Of a DNA stretch of 64,000 nucleotides, positions 13,893 through 28,651 are shown one piece after another (positions within the stretch are counted from its first letter, which is position 1; every line of letters starts with the position of its first letter). The translations under genes were made by a program, and so were the position numbers. The notes beneath the pieces were generated by a model. That model was not told where the DNA came from and did no database searches. It saw only the letters and a list, made by a program, of their open reading frames with translations. Source of the stretch: Zygnema circumcarinatum SAG 698-1b (taxonomy: Eukaryota; Plantae; Zygnematophyceae); NCBI GenBank assembly GCA_037447605.1, contig CM074807.1, positions 1,054,001 through 1,118,000 of the forward strand. The letters are read 5' to 3'.

Positions 13893-14010
13893 CTGTACGG
13901 CAGTGAAGCACGCGGGGTACGGAAAGGCGGAGCCGGTGTACGAAATCTTAGGTTAGTACGGTATGTACGATTCGTACATATTTGGATGTACGGTAAATAT
14001 TTTTGTACGA
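13893..14010. promoter_or_regulatory. Cluster of 8 GTAC motifs (7 as GTACG; SBP-box/CuRE-like) upstream of G6PD
   Basis: GTAC at about 13895, 13917, 13938, 13956, 13965, 13974, 13988 and 14005. Function is inferred. Confidence 0.5.
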
Positions 14011-14025
14011 AAGATGTATGGGCAG

Positions 14026-15072
14026 CAGGCCTCTTCAAATAGGGGAGATCCCCTAAATATCGTAAATAGCTTATTTATGTAAGATTTTGAGATTAGTTTA
14101 CGTGATTTCAACTTAAATACCACACAAGCCCCAAAAAAGCATTTTTTTGGTTAAAAACAAAAAGGAAATGAATTGCATTTGCAGCCACGATAGCAATGAT
14201 GTATATGAACTTTACTTGTTGGTATAACAACACGGTTTTAGAAACTGGTGCAACCTTTTCGACTCTTATAGATTGGTAAATTTTACCAATCAATTAGAAC
14301 AACTGTGCATTTGGCAATCACAACATATAGTTGCTTATTCAAAAACCCAATTGCACTGAAACTTTGTAGATCCAATCCTAAGCTCTCTATTTCCTTTTCC
14401 ATCCATCATTAATTACTCCAAGTATCACTTTAGAATCCATCATAGTCTTGAAATTTCCTCACAAAAACTCTATTCCAAATCATAACCTCTGAAATTCTAG
14501 GTGTAGTCACAAAAGAAAAACTGAAATAGGAACTAAAATTAGAAATGAAATGAAAAATGGTCTCACTCCCTTAGGAGTTTTAGGCTGATCAAGACAGCTA
14601 TAGAAGTGATGCAAACTACTCAAAGAGACCCTCGAAGAGTGGTCAAACTATCAAACTGTTTGCAGTGAAGAATGCCTTCCAATAGGGGGTGTCAGACTTA
14701 AAAAATTTCAGTACGCGTGTTCGTAAGTTTAACATCAGAACGAGTACTCCAGTATAATCGCGATCCTCCTGCGGCGGAGTACTTTCGTAACCTTTTTTTT
14801 CGTAACGCTTTTCGTAAGATTTTGTTAAGTCTGACACCCCCTAATGAAAAGTCTGTCAACCTCTTTCGAAACTCGTCTTTCTCCCATCCAATTACTGAAA
14901 AATCAGACTCGACGGTAGCAGTGTTGGGAAATGATGAAGCAAGGTCTCCACAAAATTCTCGTCCGTACGTGCACGGTTTCGTCCGTACAGTCCATATTTA
15001 CGTGTTTTTACAAAACCAAGTTAGGGGACAGTCCCCTATCTTAAGCCGAAATCCCCTATTTGAAGAGGCCTG
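14026..15072. mobile_element. Younger non-autonomous hAT-like element (~1.05 kb)
   Basis: Perfect 21-bp TIR CAGGCCTCTTCAAATAGGGGA. 8-bp TSD ATGGGCAG at 14018-14025 and 15073-15080. AT-rich interior with no transposase ORF. Confidence 0.92.
14684..14842. mobile_element. MITE nested in the younger hAT-like element
   Basis: 18-bp TIR AGGGGGTGTCAGACTTAA. The TSD reads as AAT (14681-14683 and 14843-14845) or as TA, so the superfamily (PIF/Harbinger vs Tc1/mariner) is ambiguous. Confidence 0.88.
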
Positions 15073-15255
15073 ATGGGCAGGCCTCTACAAATAAGGGAAT
15101 TTCTTAATGACGTATAAAAAGGGAAAATAAGTGAAATATCGAGATTTTTTTCTACGGGATTTTTAAGGGATATGGGGGTTGCGTTGAGCGTTGAGCCGTT
15201 GAGGCGTAGCTTTCAACTCCAAGCTTTTTTCTTTGGTCTTTAGGTCCTTTGCGCT

Positions 15256-15339
15256 CAGTTCCTCGTGGTTCCCCATGATGCTGCTGATGTCCATGTACAT
15301 TTGATGGCATCACCGCCATCGTGAGATCAATGCCACATC
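15256..15339 (+). repeat. ~80-bp dispersed repeat, copy 3, inside the older hAT-like element
   Basis: CAGTTCCTCGTGGTTCCCCATGATGCTGCTGATGTCCATGTACATTTGATGGCATCACCGCCATCGTGAGATCAATGCCACATC. Confidence 0.9.
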
Positions 15340-15921
15340 CAAAAAGTCACGATCCCATATAGCACACCCCAACAACTTAATATCAATCAAATTTCAGATA
15401 CGGATGCTGCACATAATTGTTCGTTCAAAAACAATAAAAATATTTCACACTAGGTCTAGATTTCTCCTTGCTGCCAACTTTTTGTTCTCGCCCAAAAAAG
15501 ATGCAGAAACAACACACACAAGAAAACAGAAAGCTTGTTGACGTGATTGTACTTCCCGTAAACAGTGATCGTCTATTTTTTGTACGATCATGTCATTTCC
15601 GACAATCCCTTATTCTTCCCTTAAACCACAAATATGGGATGGCGAAGAATCGTCTTACGGGATTTAAGGGATTCCGTACACGGATTCCCTTAATTGTGGA
15701 GGGCTGTGTATGGGGAAAAGTTTGGAGGTGACAGATGGGGGAGGTGAAGGAAGCCATGGTGGGGAGGGCTTGGTGAGGGAGGGGAACAGGGGGACGGCCA
15801 TGGCTGCGTGCCGCGCAAGGATTTTGTAGGAACAACGGTTGCGTATTTCTTCAGGGTTAGGATTTGTTGATTTTTTCGGGAGGAGGTTCTGATTTTTTGG
15901 AGCGCAGATTGGGGAAGTGTA

Positions 15922-18807
15922 ATGGCTTCTTCAGTAGCTTCGAAAGGGCAGGTATGGAAGCTGTCCCCAGTCCGGCAGAGTACATGTAAGGATATTGAAT
16001 GGCGATCCTTGGACTTTGATGACAGACGATGCGACAAACATGCTTAAATTGTAAAACTGCAATCGTTCTCTCGCATGTGAAGCAACGGACGTATTCATGC
16101 AAGAGCTGGCAGATGGAAATATTGGTGACGACATAGCTAACCACAGGAAAACATTCATTTGTCGAGGACTTAGCAGCAATACAGGAAGCTGTGTAGCTCA
16201 GGCTCTTGTATTTCTTAAGGGATTCTGGGACTTCTTGCAAGACTGTGTTCTCATACAAGTCAATATGAAAAGAAATTACGATGTAGAGCGCGTTGAATTT
16301 GATATGCAGCCTCGCTTGTGGTTTTCTGTGCTGACGGGTGGCAGACTGATCTGATGGACTGTATTGAGTGGCGGTCGGTGGAGTGCTTAAATGAAAATCC
16401 TAATCACACGTACACTAACGCCATCAAGCAGGTGGCGTATTCTTTCCATGGTCTCCTTTCACGTCCTTCACTTGACATTAATTCAGTTAAAACGGCTTGT
16501 GCAGTTTCGGTTGGATTCAACCAGATATTTTCCTTGCTTGCTGTGCCTTTTTTCAAAATAAAGGACCATCAGATACGTTTGTGTAATTGAGCAACTGAGA
16601 TGGCTGGTTTATTTTCGGATTCTCTTAAGCGAGTCACCGCACTACTGTCGCTCCAGGAATACTTGCAATCTGCTCTACGTTGTTACTGCAGTCTGCCTCA
16701 TCGTTCATGCGTTATGGAAAACCTTAAAGAGCAAATTGTTCATGGCCAGCTCAGCTAACCTATCAACAGCTCTTTGGATAGGGTATTAGCGTCTGATTAT
16801 GTGGCACCTTGTCTCCAGGGTTACAGGGAGGATGACGGCATCTTCCTCGAATCTGATGACGATGAGCAGTTGTTGCTTTACATACCATTCAATCAGGTTG
16901 TGAAGTTGCATTCGCTCATTATCAAGGGGCCTGCAGATCAAGGTGAGTTGAGGCATTGGTTGAAGTTACTTCGCTTAATATTGTAGAAGGCATCCTCGTT
17001 GTTATGTGTAATAGATTTTCTCGAATGTGCAAGACATTGTATTGTTATGTCAGATTCCTCATTGCTTCAACTTCTGCTGGGAGAGTGCGTCTTTACATTG
17101 TGATTAAGTGGAAGGGAAGGGATGCATTTTTGCCGTACATCCATAGTCGTGGCCCAACTGGGCCCGCAGTCGAAAAACTTGACTTTTTCTGGGTTGTCGA
17201 TGGGACTCTCTTTTTTTCTCTCTCACTACCTTCGCCACTCGTCTTGGAGGAGCCTTGCGCTATTGTGCTCCTTACTGGCAAGCTCGTTTGTGCAAATACA
17301 GGGCCAAAGACTGTGAAACTTTATGCCAACAGAACGAGCATGGGGTTCAGGTGAGGAATCTTTGTCCTGAGTTCGCCAATGCATGTGTGAAGGGTCTAGG
17401 GTGAAGAAATAGGGTTTTACTCGTCTGCTCGTTGAAGCCAACTCTTGAGCAAATGCTTGATATTATTTGGGTTAGATGTGACTTCATTCCGCAGATTAGC
17501 TGTGTCCGCTTACAAGGGGTGACAATCTTTTTTGCTGTCCGGTTTTACTCCGCTTCCCGATTCGTTTTCGGACAGTTGCTCGAAAAAGCATATAGTTTAT
17601 CGTTTAATGCAGACTGCGGCTTGTTATCTATGATTTTGCAGTAATACATCAGACTTTCTTCCCAATGATACGCTTACCCTGTCTCCAGAACAATTGGAGG
17701 TAAAACTGTACGGCTTGTGTTGTTTTCTCGTTTTCTGAGTCGATTACTTATGGGTGAACAACAAGTATGGGCAAGCTATCTCTTTGTACTGCATGTTGTC
17801 TGTGCATATCGAAGTGAAACGTGCAACTTCAAAGTTCAATCGAGTACGAGTCGTGGATGAACGTGAACAATTTCCTTTTCTTAAAGCAGAGGGGTTTATG
17901 CATTGCGCTTTTGCTCGCTAGTTGGGCGTAGAATTGGCAGTAAGCCATGTCCCTGAATCGCTTCAAACCTTCTTTCTCCTGCCCATTGGCACAAGTGCAG
18001 TTCGATGATGCCCTTTTGTATGTCTGTGGATGGGTGAACTCCTGCAGGGCAAGACGGTGCCTTTGAAGTATGTAAAGTTTCAGAACGTAAGAAGGTGAGA
18101 GCCCATTCTGAGGAAGACACATCATCCTCATTGAAAGACATGCGAGGTGTTACACAGAAATGCGCTCTTATGGTTAAGAGTATTGAAATTGCATGTGTCC
18201 GTTTCTTGTGAATGGGCTGGATCATTGATTTGCTTGCTGATAGCAAGTTGTGTATGCATATCATAGCATGATGTCATTTGTATGATGATATAGATGGGAT
18301 GCATGTAAGACTGCATCCGTCCATTGTACAGCCGACATGTCTTACAGCCTCTGGTGGTGTGGTGCAGCTTAACTGTCTTTGTGGAGGGAAATCAGGAGGG
18401 CGCTGAGGTCACGAGAATTCAGAAGCTAGCTTTTATCGGAACGACGTGAGATTTCTATACCACTTGAACACCGTGGCGGTTTGGCTTGTCGTATTGTTGA
18501 CAGCCTTTTATGTTGTGAAATTCAAGAACTGTTATGGAAACTGTTGAAGGAGGGAAAGCCGGATGTGTTTGAGTTAAGCGCTCCCCAGAACGGCTCATTC
18601 CTACTGATAGCTTCACTCTGTATTTGGAAATGCAAACTAATGGCATTCTACAAGCTGGCGTGGATGGGGATTGGAGGGTTAAATACACCCTTTCAGCTCT
18701 CTTTCGCATGGAGGCCTGATGAGCTTCCTTGCTCAATTTCACTTTTGTGTTGCTGCAGAGTGGAAACAACAAACATGAGCGAACTGAAGAAAGTGGATAG
18801 CCATTGA
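15922..18807 (+). CDS. PITH domain-containing protein (thioredoxin-like 1 C-terminal/PITHD family)
   Basis: Exons read [10 protein letters not shown]|[17 protein letters not shown]..|[32 protein letters not shown]..|[13 protein letters not shown]|..|[10 protein letters not shown]|[10 protein letters not shown]..|[15 protein letters not shown]. Confidence 0.93.
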
Positions 18808-19490
18808 AGTGTTCTTATGCCTGAACTGTGCTGCCGTTGCAAGCGAGCACAGAGAGGGGCATCCCGTGTTGGACGGGCCGTTCTCTGACAATGTCATTCT
18901 GAGCGCCTCCTTGTTATCTGGGTATGGTTTCAATAAGGCGACGATTAATTGTCACTATTTTTTTCAAAGGGGTTTGAAGAAGTATGCAAGAATGTCTCCT
19001 TTGACTGAGTCGAAGGTGCGAGTTGGTTCAAGTGTCTCACGAAAACGCGTGCTCACACTTGTGCAAGACTTATCTGAAGCTTTTCTTCATGTGCGGGTTC
19101 GTCTCGTTTTGCATCATGTCGTGCATGTATCAGGTTGAGCTTGGTTACTGAACGGATGACTAAACTATTACTGATTACAGTATGAGGGTATATGTCATTT
19201 GAGGGTTCTCCCTCAGAGAAGCACATTTTCAAGGTACAAGGCAGCCAGATTCGCGACGGGCGTTTGGGGTCGATCAATTTGCCGCCTAGAGTTTGGTCAG
19301 GTATTGGATCACCACGTGGTCAGCTGGACTAGTTTATCGCATTTGGAGGTGCGGAAGGTGAGGTGCGATTGATAAAAAACTGCTACCTATTCTCTGTTTA
19401 GTTCAAATAGTAACTGGACGCAGGCAGATTGCAGATTACAACATGGAACTCGCACAAACATTTGTCTCTGTTTTTTTCTGGTTTCTGATG

Positions 19491-22400
19491 CTACCGAAAT
19501 AAGCGAAGCAGTCTCTCCTGCAGCTCTGAGGGGAGGCCAGAGCCACCCAAAGCAACCGTCCGGGTCGCCAGCGCCTTCAACCTTCGGTCCTCTTCTCGAA
19601 GTCTACCAGAGAGGGCAATCCAAGGAATAACCTGCACGGCTCAATTAGAGAAAACATAAGCACTTCTGCAGAAGTCTGGGATTTACGGGGGTACAAGATT
19701 CGTAGGGTTCTCACAACAGGGGCAGTGTTGATAGAACCCTAACCCTGGATAAAACCCTAAGCCTGGATAAAAAGTGAGAATTCAACTGTACCTCCACACG
19801 GCATCCGACCGCAAACCCTAACCCTGCCCATGAATGCTGGATGTAGGAAGCCTCAGTTTCAGATTGCGGGACATGGGTCGGAGCTCAGTTAGTAGGACAA
19901 TAAGACAGAAAGAAGGGTGGACATAAGGAGAATGAAGAGCATGTTCAGAGGGGACCTAATGAGGATCTGCTTGAACAACGAAGTTGAACGGAACGGGCTG
20001 ATTGGATAGTTTCACTTCAAACCGTATGCTATGACTAATTCCAAGCATGTGACAGGCAGGTGCTCAGGATTTGAACATTTGCCATTAGCAACGGGCCTCT
20101 TCAGATGTGGTGAGGGCCTCCTCACCAATACGTTAAGTGCAGTGCAGTTTGAGAGCAAAAGGCGGCGCAGCAATGCTGACTGCAGGCGCAGTTCGGAGAG
20201 GGAGGTGCAGCCGCAGCAGTCCACCTCGTGTAGCTGATGCGAACGAAGCACCACTCTGCAAAACCCGCCAAAGCAAAAAAACTAAGAGGCCCGCGACAGC
20301 AGAAACACCTGAAACGAACAACACCAAGCAAGCAGAACAGATCGCACCAAGAAAAGCGTACCATATCTTGCAATTCTTAGGGTTGAAATACGGAACAAAG
20401 AACAATTTGTAATACGGCGAAGGCAAAGTACCCCTCACGTTACCTTGACAGCCCTGCAATCCCTCTGGCTACGAACTTCTTCAGCTGTGGGGCAGCTATA
20501 TCCACTTGCTGCACCCCTAGGCAGCCGCTGAGGTTGAGGTCTTCTAAGGCTGTCATCTTCTCAATATCAGAAAATGCTGATGGGGTCAGGGAGGAGCAGA
20601 GGAAGAGGTTCAGCTGACTCAGGCAAGCAGTCTCCTTCAAGTCAAGGACTTGGAGGGAGTTGCAGTGCGAAAGATTGAGACTTTTAAGGTTAGGGCATCG
20701 AAGGTGAAGGCTACTGAGGTTCAAACAGTGGGCGAGGTTAAGAGAGAGCAAAAGTGGGGCTTGCAGAGTAACGGAAGTAAGCTGCATGAAACAACAGGGA
20801 AACACAGCAAAATTAAATGGTGAAAATTTGACAGACAAAAAGCTTACAGCTGAAAGAGCACGTCAATGAATCCGCTTTGTAAAAGGAAAGTAAATGTGTT
20901 CTTGAATTACACAAGGTCCTCATACAATTCATTGACGGAATAACGCCCTGACCACTAGGCTTTTGACATATGGACTCCCCATACATTTTCGGATACCAAT
21001 ACTTTCTTGACCACATTCTCATGATCTCAAAGACTTCGGTTTCTGCCCCCGTTCATATCTTAAAAGAGACTGAATACATATGCCTCAACCATGCAGACTG
21101 GGAAACGTGACTACAATTTGACTTTCAACTCTGACTTCCACTTCTGCACATTTCACGAGAAATACATCGGCTTTTGACATCAAAGTATCCCCATTTTTCT
21201 GCAAGAGCTTCCGATAGAAGTCCAATAGACACCTGGCTTGTAACCTAATACCTTCCGGACGCTACATAGCAGCAGAGAAAGCACACCTGTGAGCAGGAGG
21301 CGAAGGATGCCTTCTCTAGAATCGAAGAGTTTGACATTAAAAGCTTCACCCGTTTGAGGGAAGTCAGCTCATTTGCTACCAATACCCGCAGACGTGAAGA
21401 TTGAGGAAGCCAAAGCCATGAATTTCCGAGAGACTTGCATCTTGAAACAATGAGTTCTTCAACTGTTCCACGGAGGAGGTTCTGAAAAGGGGAAAAGCAT
21501 GACAATAAGAGCATACAAGCATCAGTCCAAACGGCATGACAGCCAATCAGGTGGCAACAGAGGAGCTACCTACTCTCTGTAGCCGTGAAAGACATGAGTG
21601 CATCAGTTATTGTGCATAGTTTTACTGATTTGGTTTGCGTGGTTTGTGTACAAACCTGGACTCCTTTATCAAGTACACCTGCGCAACCACTCAGGTTGAT
21701 AATCTTGATTCCAGCATTCCTTTCGATATGCAGAGTCTCTTGCTCCAAACAATCAACACCTGAAGATGAAGCTTTCAACTCTGTCAACTGGTTCAGTCTC
21801 CTTTCAAGTAATGGGGTACGCCCTACTTTCTCAGCGCTTCCAATGTATTCCACTTCTGCAGTCAACCCACTTATCCCTTCGCCAGTAGGAATGCAGCTAG
21901 ATTTCTCATTTCCAGAACCTTCAGGATTTCCCTCCAAGTCCGAAGGAGCTTCATGACAAGGCGCTTCAGAATGAACAATGGAATCTGAATCCTCGAATGA
22001 AGCCCCTAACTCCTCAACTTCTCTGCTCAAATTTGAAGTTGGCTCGCATATGTCATCTGCATGCTCGACAGAGTCCCCTCTTGTCTCTAATGTGCTATCC
22101 CTTAATTCTCGACAGACACCAATTGGTGCAGTTTCTTGCAGACAACTGCCAGAAACTTCGTTCTCTTCCCCCAGATAAGGGCCCTGCCTGCTCCCTATTT
22201 TAGAAGCCTCTCCTCGCTCCCATTCTTCTCCTTGCTCCACTAATTCAGGTACAGCTCGACTTGCTCCATCAACTACAACAGGCTCCATCGCGATCATGTT
22301 GGAAGGGGTAACCCCTGTTTCTTCAATGCCGCATTTGCCCTTTAACAATGCCCATCTATCCCTCTCATGGTTGGAGATATCTCTTGTCTGTTCGGAGCAA

Positions 22401-25400
22401 CTACTGTTTGTCTGAATTCCTTCAGCGAGCAGAGACGACCACTGCCTTTCTTCCTGCAATTTGAGACTTGCAGCCGTAGAGTCCACATCTGCGCCTAGAA
22501 AGGATGAGGAGCCGCCACCAAGTTGCGGCCACTCTTCATCACTGGGAACAACGCGTAGATCTGTTTCCTTGCGATTATATTCTCTTGCCTCTTCCGAGTT
22601 GATGTCAATCGAATTTGAGGTCTCAATAGCAACGATCTCATTCACACTGTAAGCATCGAAAGAATCGTCTGCTGAACCGTCAGATGAGCCACTGAATCCC
22701 GGCGGAAATTGGCGGTAGGCGGCCAAGAGGTGGAGTGTATTGTTGTTAACACTGTTACAAGATGAAAGGTCGACTTCCTCCAGCTGACAAGCAAAACCTA
22801 GCCACAGCTATCAGGAAAGGCAGGGGATGGCATTGTTGCGAGAGGTCCATGCCTTGCAATGAGCCGATATGTGTGTGGCACATAGGACAGCGTGATAAAT
22901 GCAAAATATTAACATCAAAACGAAATAAGAGAATAAACAGACAAGTCCTAAGCAAGGACATAATTTCTCCATGTTTTGCGTCTAAAATTTGTAAGGTCTG
23001 CTTTGACTGCAGTTGTGAATACAAAGCAATTCCTAATGAGTTCACGCTCCTCACCTTACCATGCACCGCAAGTAAAGCAGCTATATCCACATCATCCAGT
23101 TGATGACATCCATGGAGATCGACTTCTGCCAAGGACCGCAGAATGTACACACCAGAAGCTAGGCTCACTCGACCGACGTGGTCTACTTCCAGCGAATTAG
23201 AGATGTATGTCCAAGGCAAAGCTGTGCTTTCTTTACTGGCAATTGAAGGGGAAATAACTGTCTTTGATTTGGGATGCTTCACGTTCGCATCATAAGAATG
23301 GCCGTAATTTGCCATAGGTATAGACAATCCTGCTGCTGCTTCGAAAATAGGAATAAAACTTGTCATGCTCTCTCCTGCCAAATAACCCAAAGTAATTTCC
23401 TTCATCAATAACTCTCTCTCCACAAATTACTGCTTGTTTGGCTTCTTATTCGCAATAGACCAATTATTTGCATAATCCGATCATGCGAGATCTGATCTCT
23501 AAAAGTAACTCTACATCTACACTGAGGCATAGCGAAAAAAAGATACGACAATAACATATGTAATGCTGCAGATTCATGATACTGTGACTGGAAACTTGAC
23601 TGTCGTTTTGGATGTTCAAGAAACTTTGTTAAGTCTTAGAAACGGGACTCGAGTTGGATAGAACCTTATCCCAAATCAAAACATATTGCTGATCATTGTC
23701 CAAGTTAAACCCTAAGACCACGAAACCACCCATTGAACAATTGAACAATCAACCTCATGATAGCACAACATTTGGCCACCTCTCCTATCCTACGCTAAAA
23801 ACAGGGACCAACTTGAAGCTGCAAGCTCAAGACAGGTGATGCGGCAGCTGGACATTTACCACATGGTCGAAAGCTTAATCTCCTCAGGTTCTTATGTGCG
23901 CCAACCTGACAACAGAGTATACAGCAAGAACGTCTCAATGACTTCTCTGGACATCGAAGGACTCTCAATCATAAGAAGGCCATTTGACTTTGCTCCAACG
24001 CTCACGAGCAGCTGCCAACTCCTTCGGTGTCCGTGATAATTATGCATGAAAGCAATGAGCAAAGCATCTCACCAAGCCGACCAAATCACGAATAGGAACA
24101 CCCCTGGGCAACACTAGAACTCGCACACCATTGCGTATCTCTTGTATGGATAAAGCCAAGAACTTGCAGACCTGCATCCATCAAAGACGTGTTGGATAGT
24201 CAATGAAGCTTAACTTGCCAATAGTAGAGCAACAATAATGCATGGTGGCTCAGTCCAAGCACAACAGAACTGCATGTCACGGCCGCAAAACCTTCATAAA
24301 CTTAAAGTTTGAAGATCTCTAGCAGGGCAAGTGCAATAGGCTCGTCCGCTTTATGCAACTTCAGAATAAATGAATGAACAAGTAAACTCTTGAGAAAGAT
24401 GTACGACAGTTAAAATTCTCAGAACAATGTGTGGTAAAAACAAAGTCAAAATGTATAGTAAAAAGATACTTGGAAACAAAAATATGATGTGTCGTTATGA
24501 ATTAATTCACAGTTCACAGCAGAACTGAACTAATGAAATAGTTAAAAATAAGGTATCGACTTACACATGCCATTCTTGCCCGTTCTCGAGCAGTAAGCCG
24601 CTCGAAAATGAGAAGCTGCAATATTTCTGGAAGTTGGCTCCAATAATCGACAGCTTCCTGCTGCTCGCCATCAACAGCATTTGTTGTCCATGAGTCTTGA
24701 TTGTTCATCCCAAAAGGTCCTCCCCGACAAGAAACATCCTGCTCCGCTCTTACGGTTTGCAACGAACCATGCTTCTCCCTTTCATTATCAGTAGCAAGAG
24801 CTGCTGAAGGGACTGAAGGCTCAGATACATATTTTTGCGGTTCCGAAATAGTGGCCGAACCCTCAGCTTTTGCCAATGAACTCTCACCATCTTCAACTGA
24901 CACGCTAACACTTGAAATCGAACCTTGCACTTGCTGAGCCAGGCCTAGCAGCCGGTTTGCTGCCAGATCGACGGAAAAGTTCGCCCATTCATAAGCCTGA
25001 ACAGGAGAAAAGGCAAGAGTTCCCACAACTCATTTGCGAACGCCTGTACGAAGGTTACTATGTTGCCTTGTAAGCATGGAATGCTGCAATAAGCAGAAGT
25101 TGCACAACCCTTGTGTTCAAAAAAATAACAGCCGTAAAACAAGTGCTACATGGGAAGGAAGTGCCAGGCGCTGAGATGTGACGGCTATACATATATACCC
25201 ACGGCTATGTGGGTAGAATGTACCAAAAGAACATCCGCGGAGGAGAAACTCGACAAGAACATCTCATTTAAAGCAGCGAGCCCTGCGATTTCCTTTGCTT
25301 CCAAGGTCCTTCCTTTTAGAATCAAGCCTCCAGCTGCAGCGTCTCCATGGGCAGGGGCCCCTGGCTCCGGCCTCAAGTCCACTACCTCCGACCTTTTGCC

Positions 25401-25538
25401 TTTCTTCTTGCTCTTCTGCTTGCTCTTCGACCTGGAAACTGCGTCCTCCTCTTCCTCCCGAGAGAGAGCTTCCGAGCAGTCCCCGTAGTACGCCTCGTTC
25501 TTGCGTCCTGAAGCCCTCGAGCCCCGTCCTGACGCCAT
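19491..25538 (-). CDS. F-box/LRR-repeat protein (FBXL-like) with a long acidic insertion
   Basis: F-box WSQLPEILQLLIFERLTARERARMACVS near 24560-24650. Cys-containing LRRs (LNLAHCLNL, LNLSHCNSL, LNLSGC, VDCCGCTSL). Acidic exon 21660-22726. Start 25538, stop 19491-19493; some exon boundaries are approximate. Confidence 0.85.
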
Positions 25539-26635
25539 GGCGGATGCCTTGCAGCAAGGAAGGCCGCGTCAAGACGTCTCCTGCATCTGCGTTTGACTAA
25601 ATGGCGCCTTCCTTCCCTCCATGGCGAACCGAAAGGCGAGCATCATCCAATCACAATGCGCCACGTGAGAAAATTGTACACGTGACGCACTTCCATTGGG
25701 CGGAACTCTGCACACCACTCATGTGCTCAAACGAGGGGAAGGGAACAAGTGGCATTGATCTCACGAAAGGACGGAAGGAAAGGGCAAGTAGCACAATGGA
25801 CTCACGTAGAGAGGCAGAGAGAGCTATGCGGATAGAAGCCTAGAATTCAATTCATTTTCCCACAACCCAATGTTTTCATGTAGCTCGCTTATAGCACCAT
25901 CCCTTGTCAAGCTCTCACAAGTCACCAACACACATTGCCCTAGCTTTTCCTGGGGCACTTGCGTCCCATGAAAACGCACAGCTGTCCTGCCTCGCTTCAT
26001 GTTCTAAGTAAGTAAGTTGCCATTTGAGAAAATCAAAACAGTTTTTGACGGCCTTACAGTTCGCGTGTTTAACAACAGCCAACATCGCCCATCCATACAT
26101 GCACACACGGCTCCCCATTCGTGCCTTCGTCCATGCCACCATTTCTATGTCCGAACTGCCTTGTTGTGCATGGAAGGCCAGTCAGCCGTTTTAACTGGAA
26201 CTGCGCGATCCTCCATGGAGCCCCGAGCGCCTCTCCCTCGCTCCCTTCCCGTTTTTGAAGGGCGAAGCGATACCGGACGGGCAGGCGCGGTGGCTTCGGG
26301 GGCGGGCCACGTGCCATGAGGCTGTACCTCCGGGGGCGGGAAACAGTTGGCATCTTGCAGTGAGCCTGCACTCGGAGGAGACCTCTCCCTCTGTCCCTCT
26401 CTCCGTTCTCCCTCCCTCTCTCTCTCTCTCGCTCTCTCTCTCGTCTCGTGTTCTCGCCGATGTGCGGATCTCTGTCGCGGTGGGGATTCAGGTTCTGCAG
26501 ACCGGCTGTGGATCGTGTGAACTGCGTTCCTTTTGGAGGATCAGGCTAAGGAAAGGGCTCGCTTTTCTGGGGAAGGGGGTTGGGTTAAAGGCTGTGCGTT
26601 TTGGAAGCGTGCAGAGGAGGGAGGAGGCGAGGTGA

Positions 26636-27936
<1,301 letters not shown>

Positions 27937-28651
27937 TCTTTCATATACGCATTTAGTCAGACGGGCTGTGAACACCGAGGGGGAAGCAGGCTGGAAATAA
28001 GTTAGTTGCTTGATTGCTAACAGGGATCGTCCTTGTGCGACATTTTGCAGCATGTGCGACATTTTGAAGCTAGTTATGCCTGGAAAATAGGCTTGCGTTT
28101 CTTCTCCCCTGCAGAGAGAGGCCTGCTTTCATGCCTCCTTAGTCCTCGGCATTGGTGGATGGTGATAGTATGCATCACCACTCCGTTCGTGTACAGCCAT
28201 GCGGCGATGTTCTTTTATTCACTCGCTCACTCTGTCATCGCTAAATGACGTAGAGAAAAGGCTTCAGTGTACGGAAGGATTTTCCACCTGTTCTTTTCTA
28301 TAGGCGGAGTCCACTTGTAGGTCTGCCATTGATACTGTTCTTTAACCATTTGCACTGAAAGTGCCATTGGACAACCTTCTCGTGCCCATGTTGATCTTGA
28401 CCTTGAGTGTGGCTGACCTTGGAGAGTGGCTCTTCCTGAGTTTTAACTCCTGGAGAGAAAAGTTTAAAATCTTGGAGAGAAAAGTTAAAACTCTTGGAGA
28501 AAAGCGTTTAACTCCAGTCCACCCAAGTGATTCTGTTTTAGATGTTTGCAAAATGAGGTGGTTCCATACTGGCTGCTTGTAACTGCTGACCCTGGATATC
28601 AAAAAATCGAAGTGCGAGTCAGGAATGTGATTGAATTGTATGGAAATGCTG

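Larger units (their letters stand above)
14023..15706. mobile_element. Older non-autonomous hAT-like element, interrupted by a younger relative
   Basis: 8-bp TSD TGTATGGG at 14015-14022 and 15707-15714. Left TIR CAGGCCTCTACAAATAAGGGAA (reads intact from 15078) and right TIR reverse complement CAGCCCTCCACAATTAAGGGAA match at 19/22. Confidence 0.85.

Noticed and set aside
13586-14038. N-terminal extension of the 257-aa ORF upstream of G6PD
   Set aside because: It starts at a non-ATG codon and runs through (GA)n and promoter DNA. The real start is most likely 13585.
15256-15339. Hammerhead ribozyme or tRNA-derived SINE identity for the 80-bp repeat
   Set aside because: It lacks the CTGATGA..GAAA core and recognisable A/B boxes.
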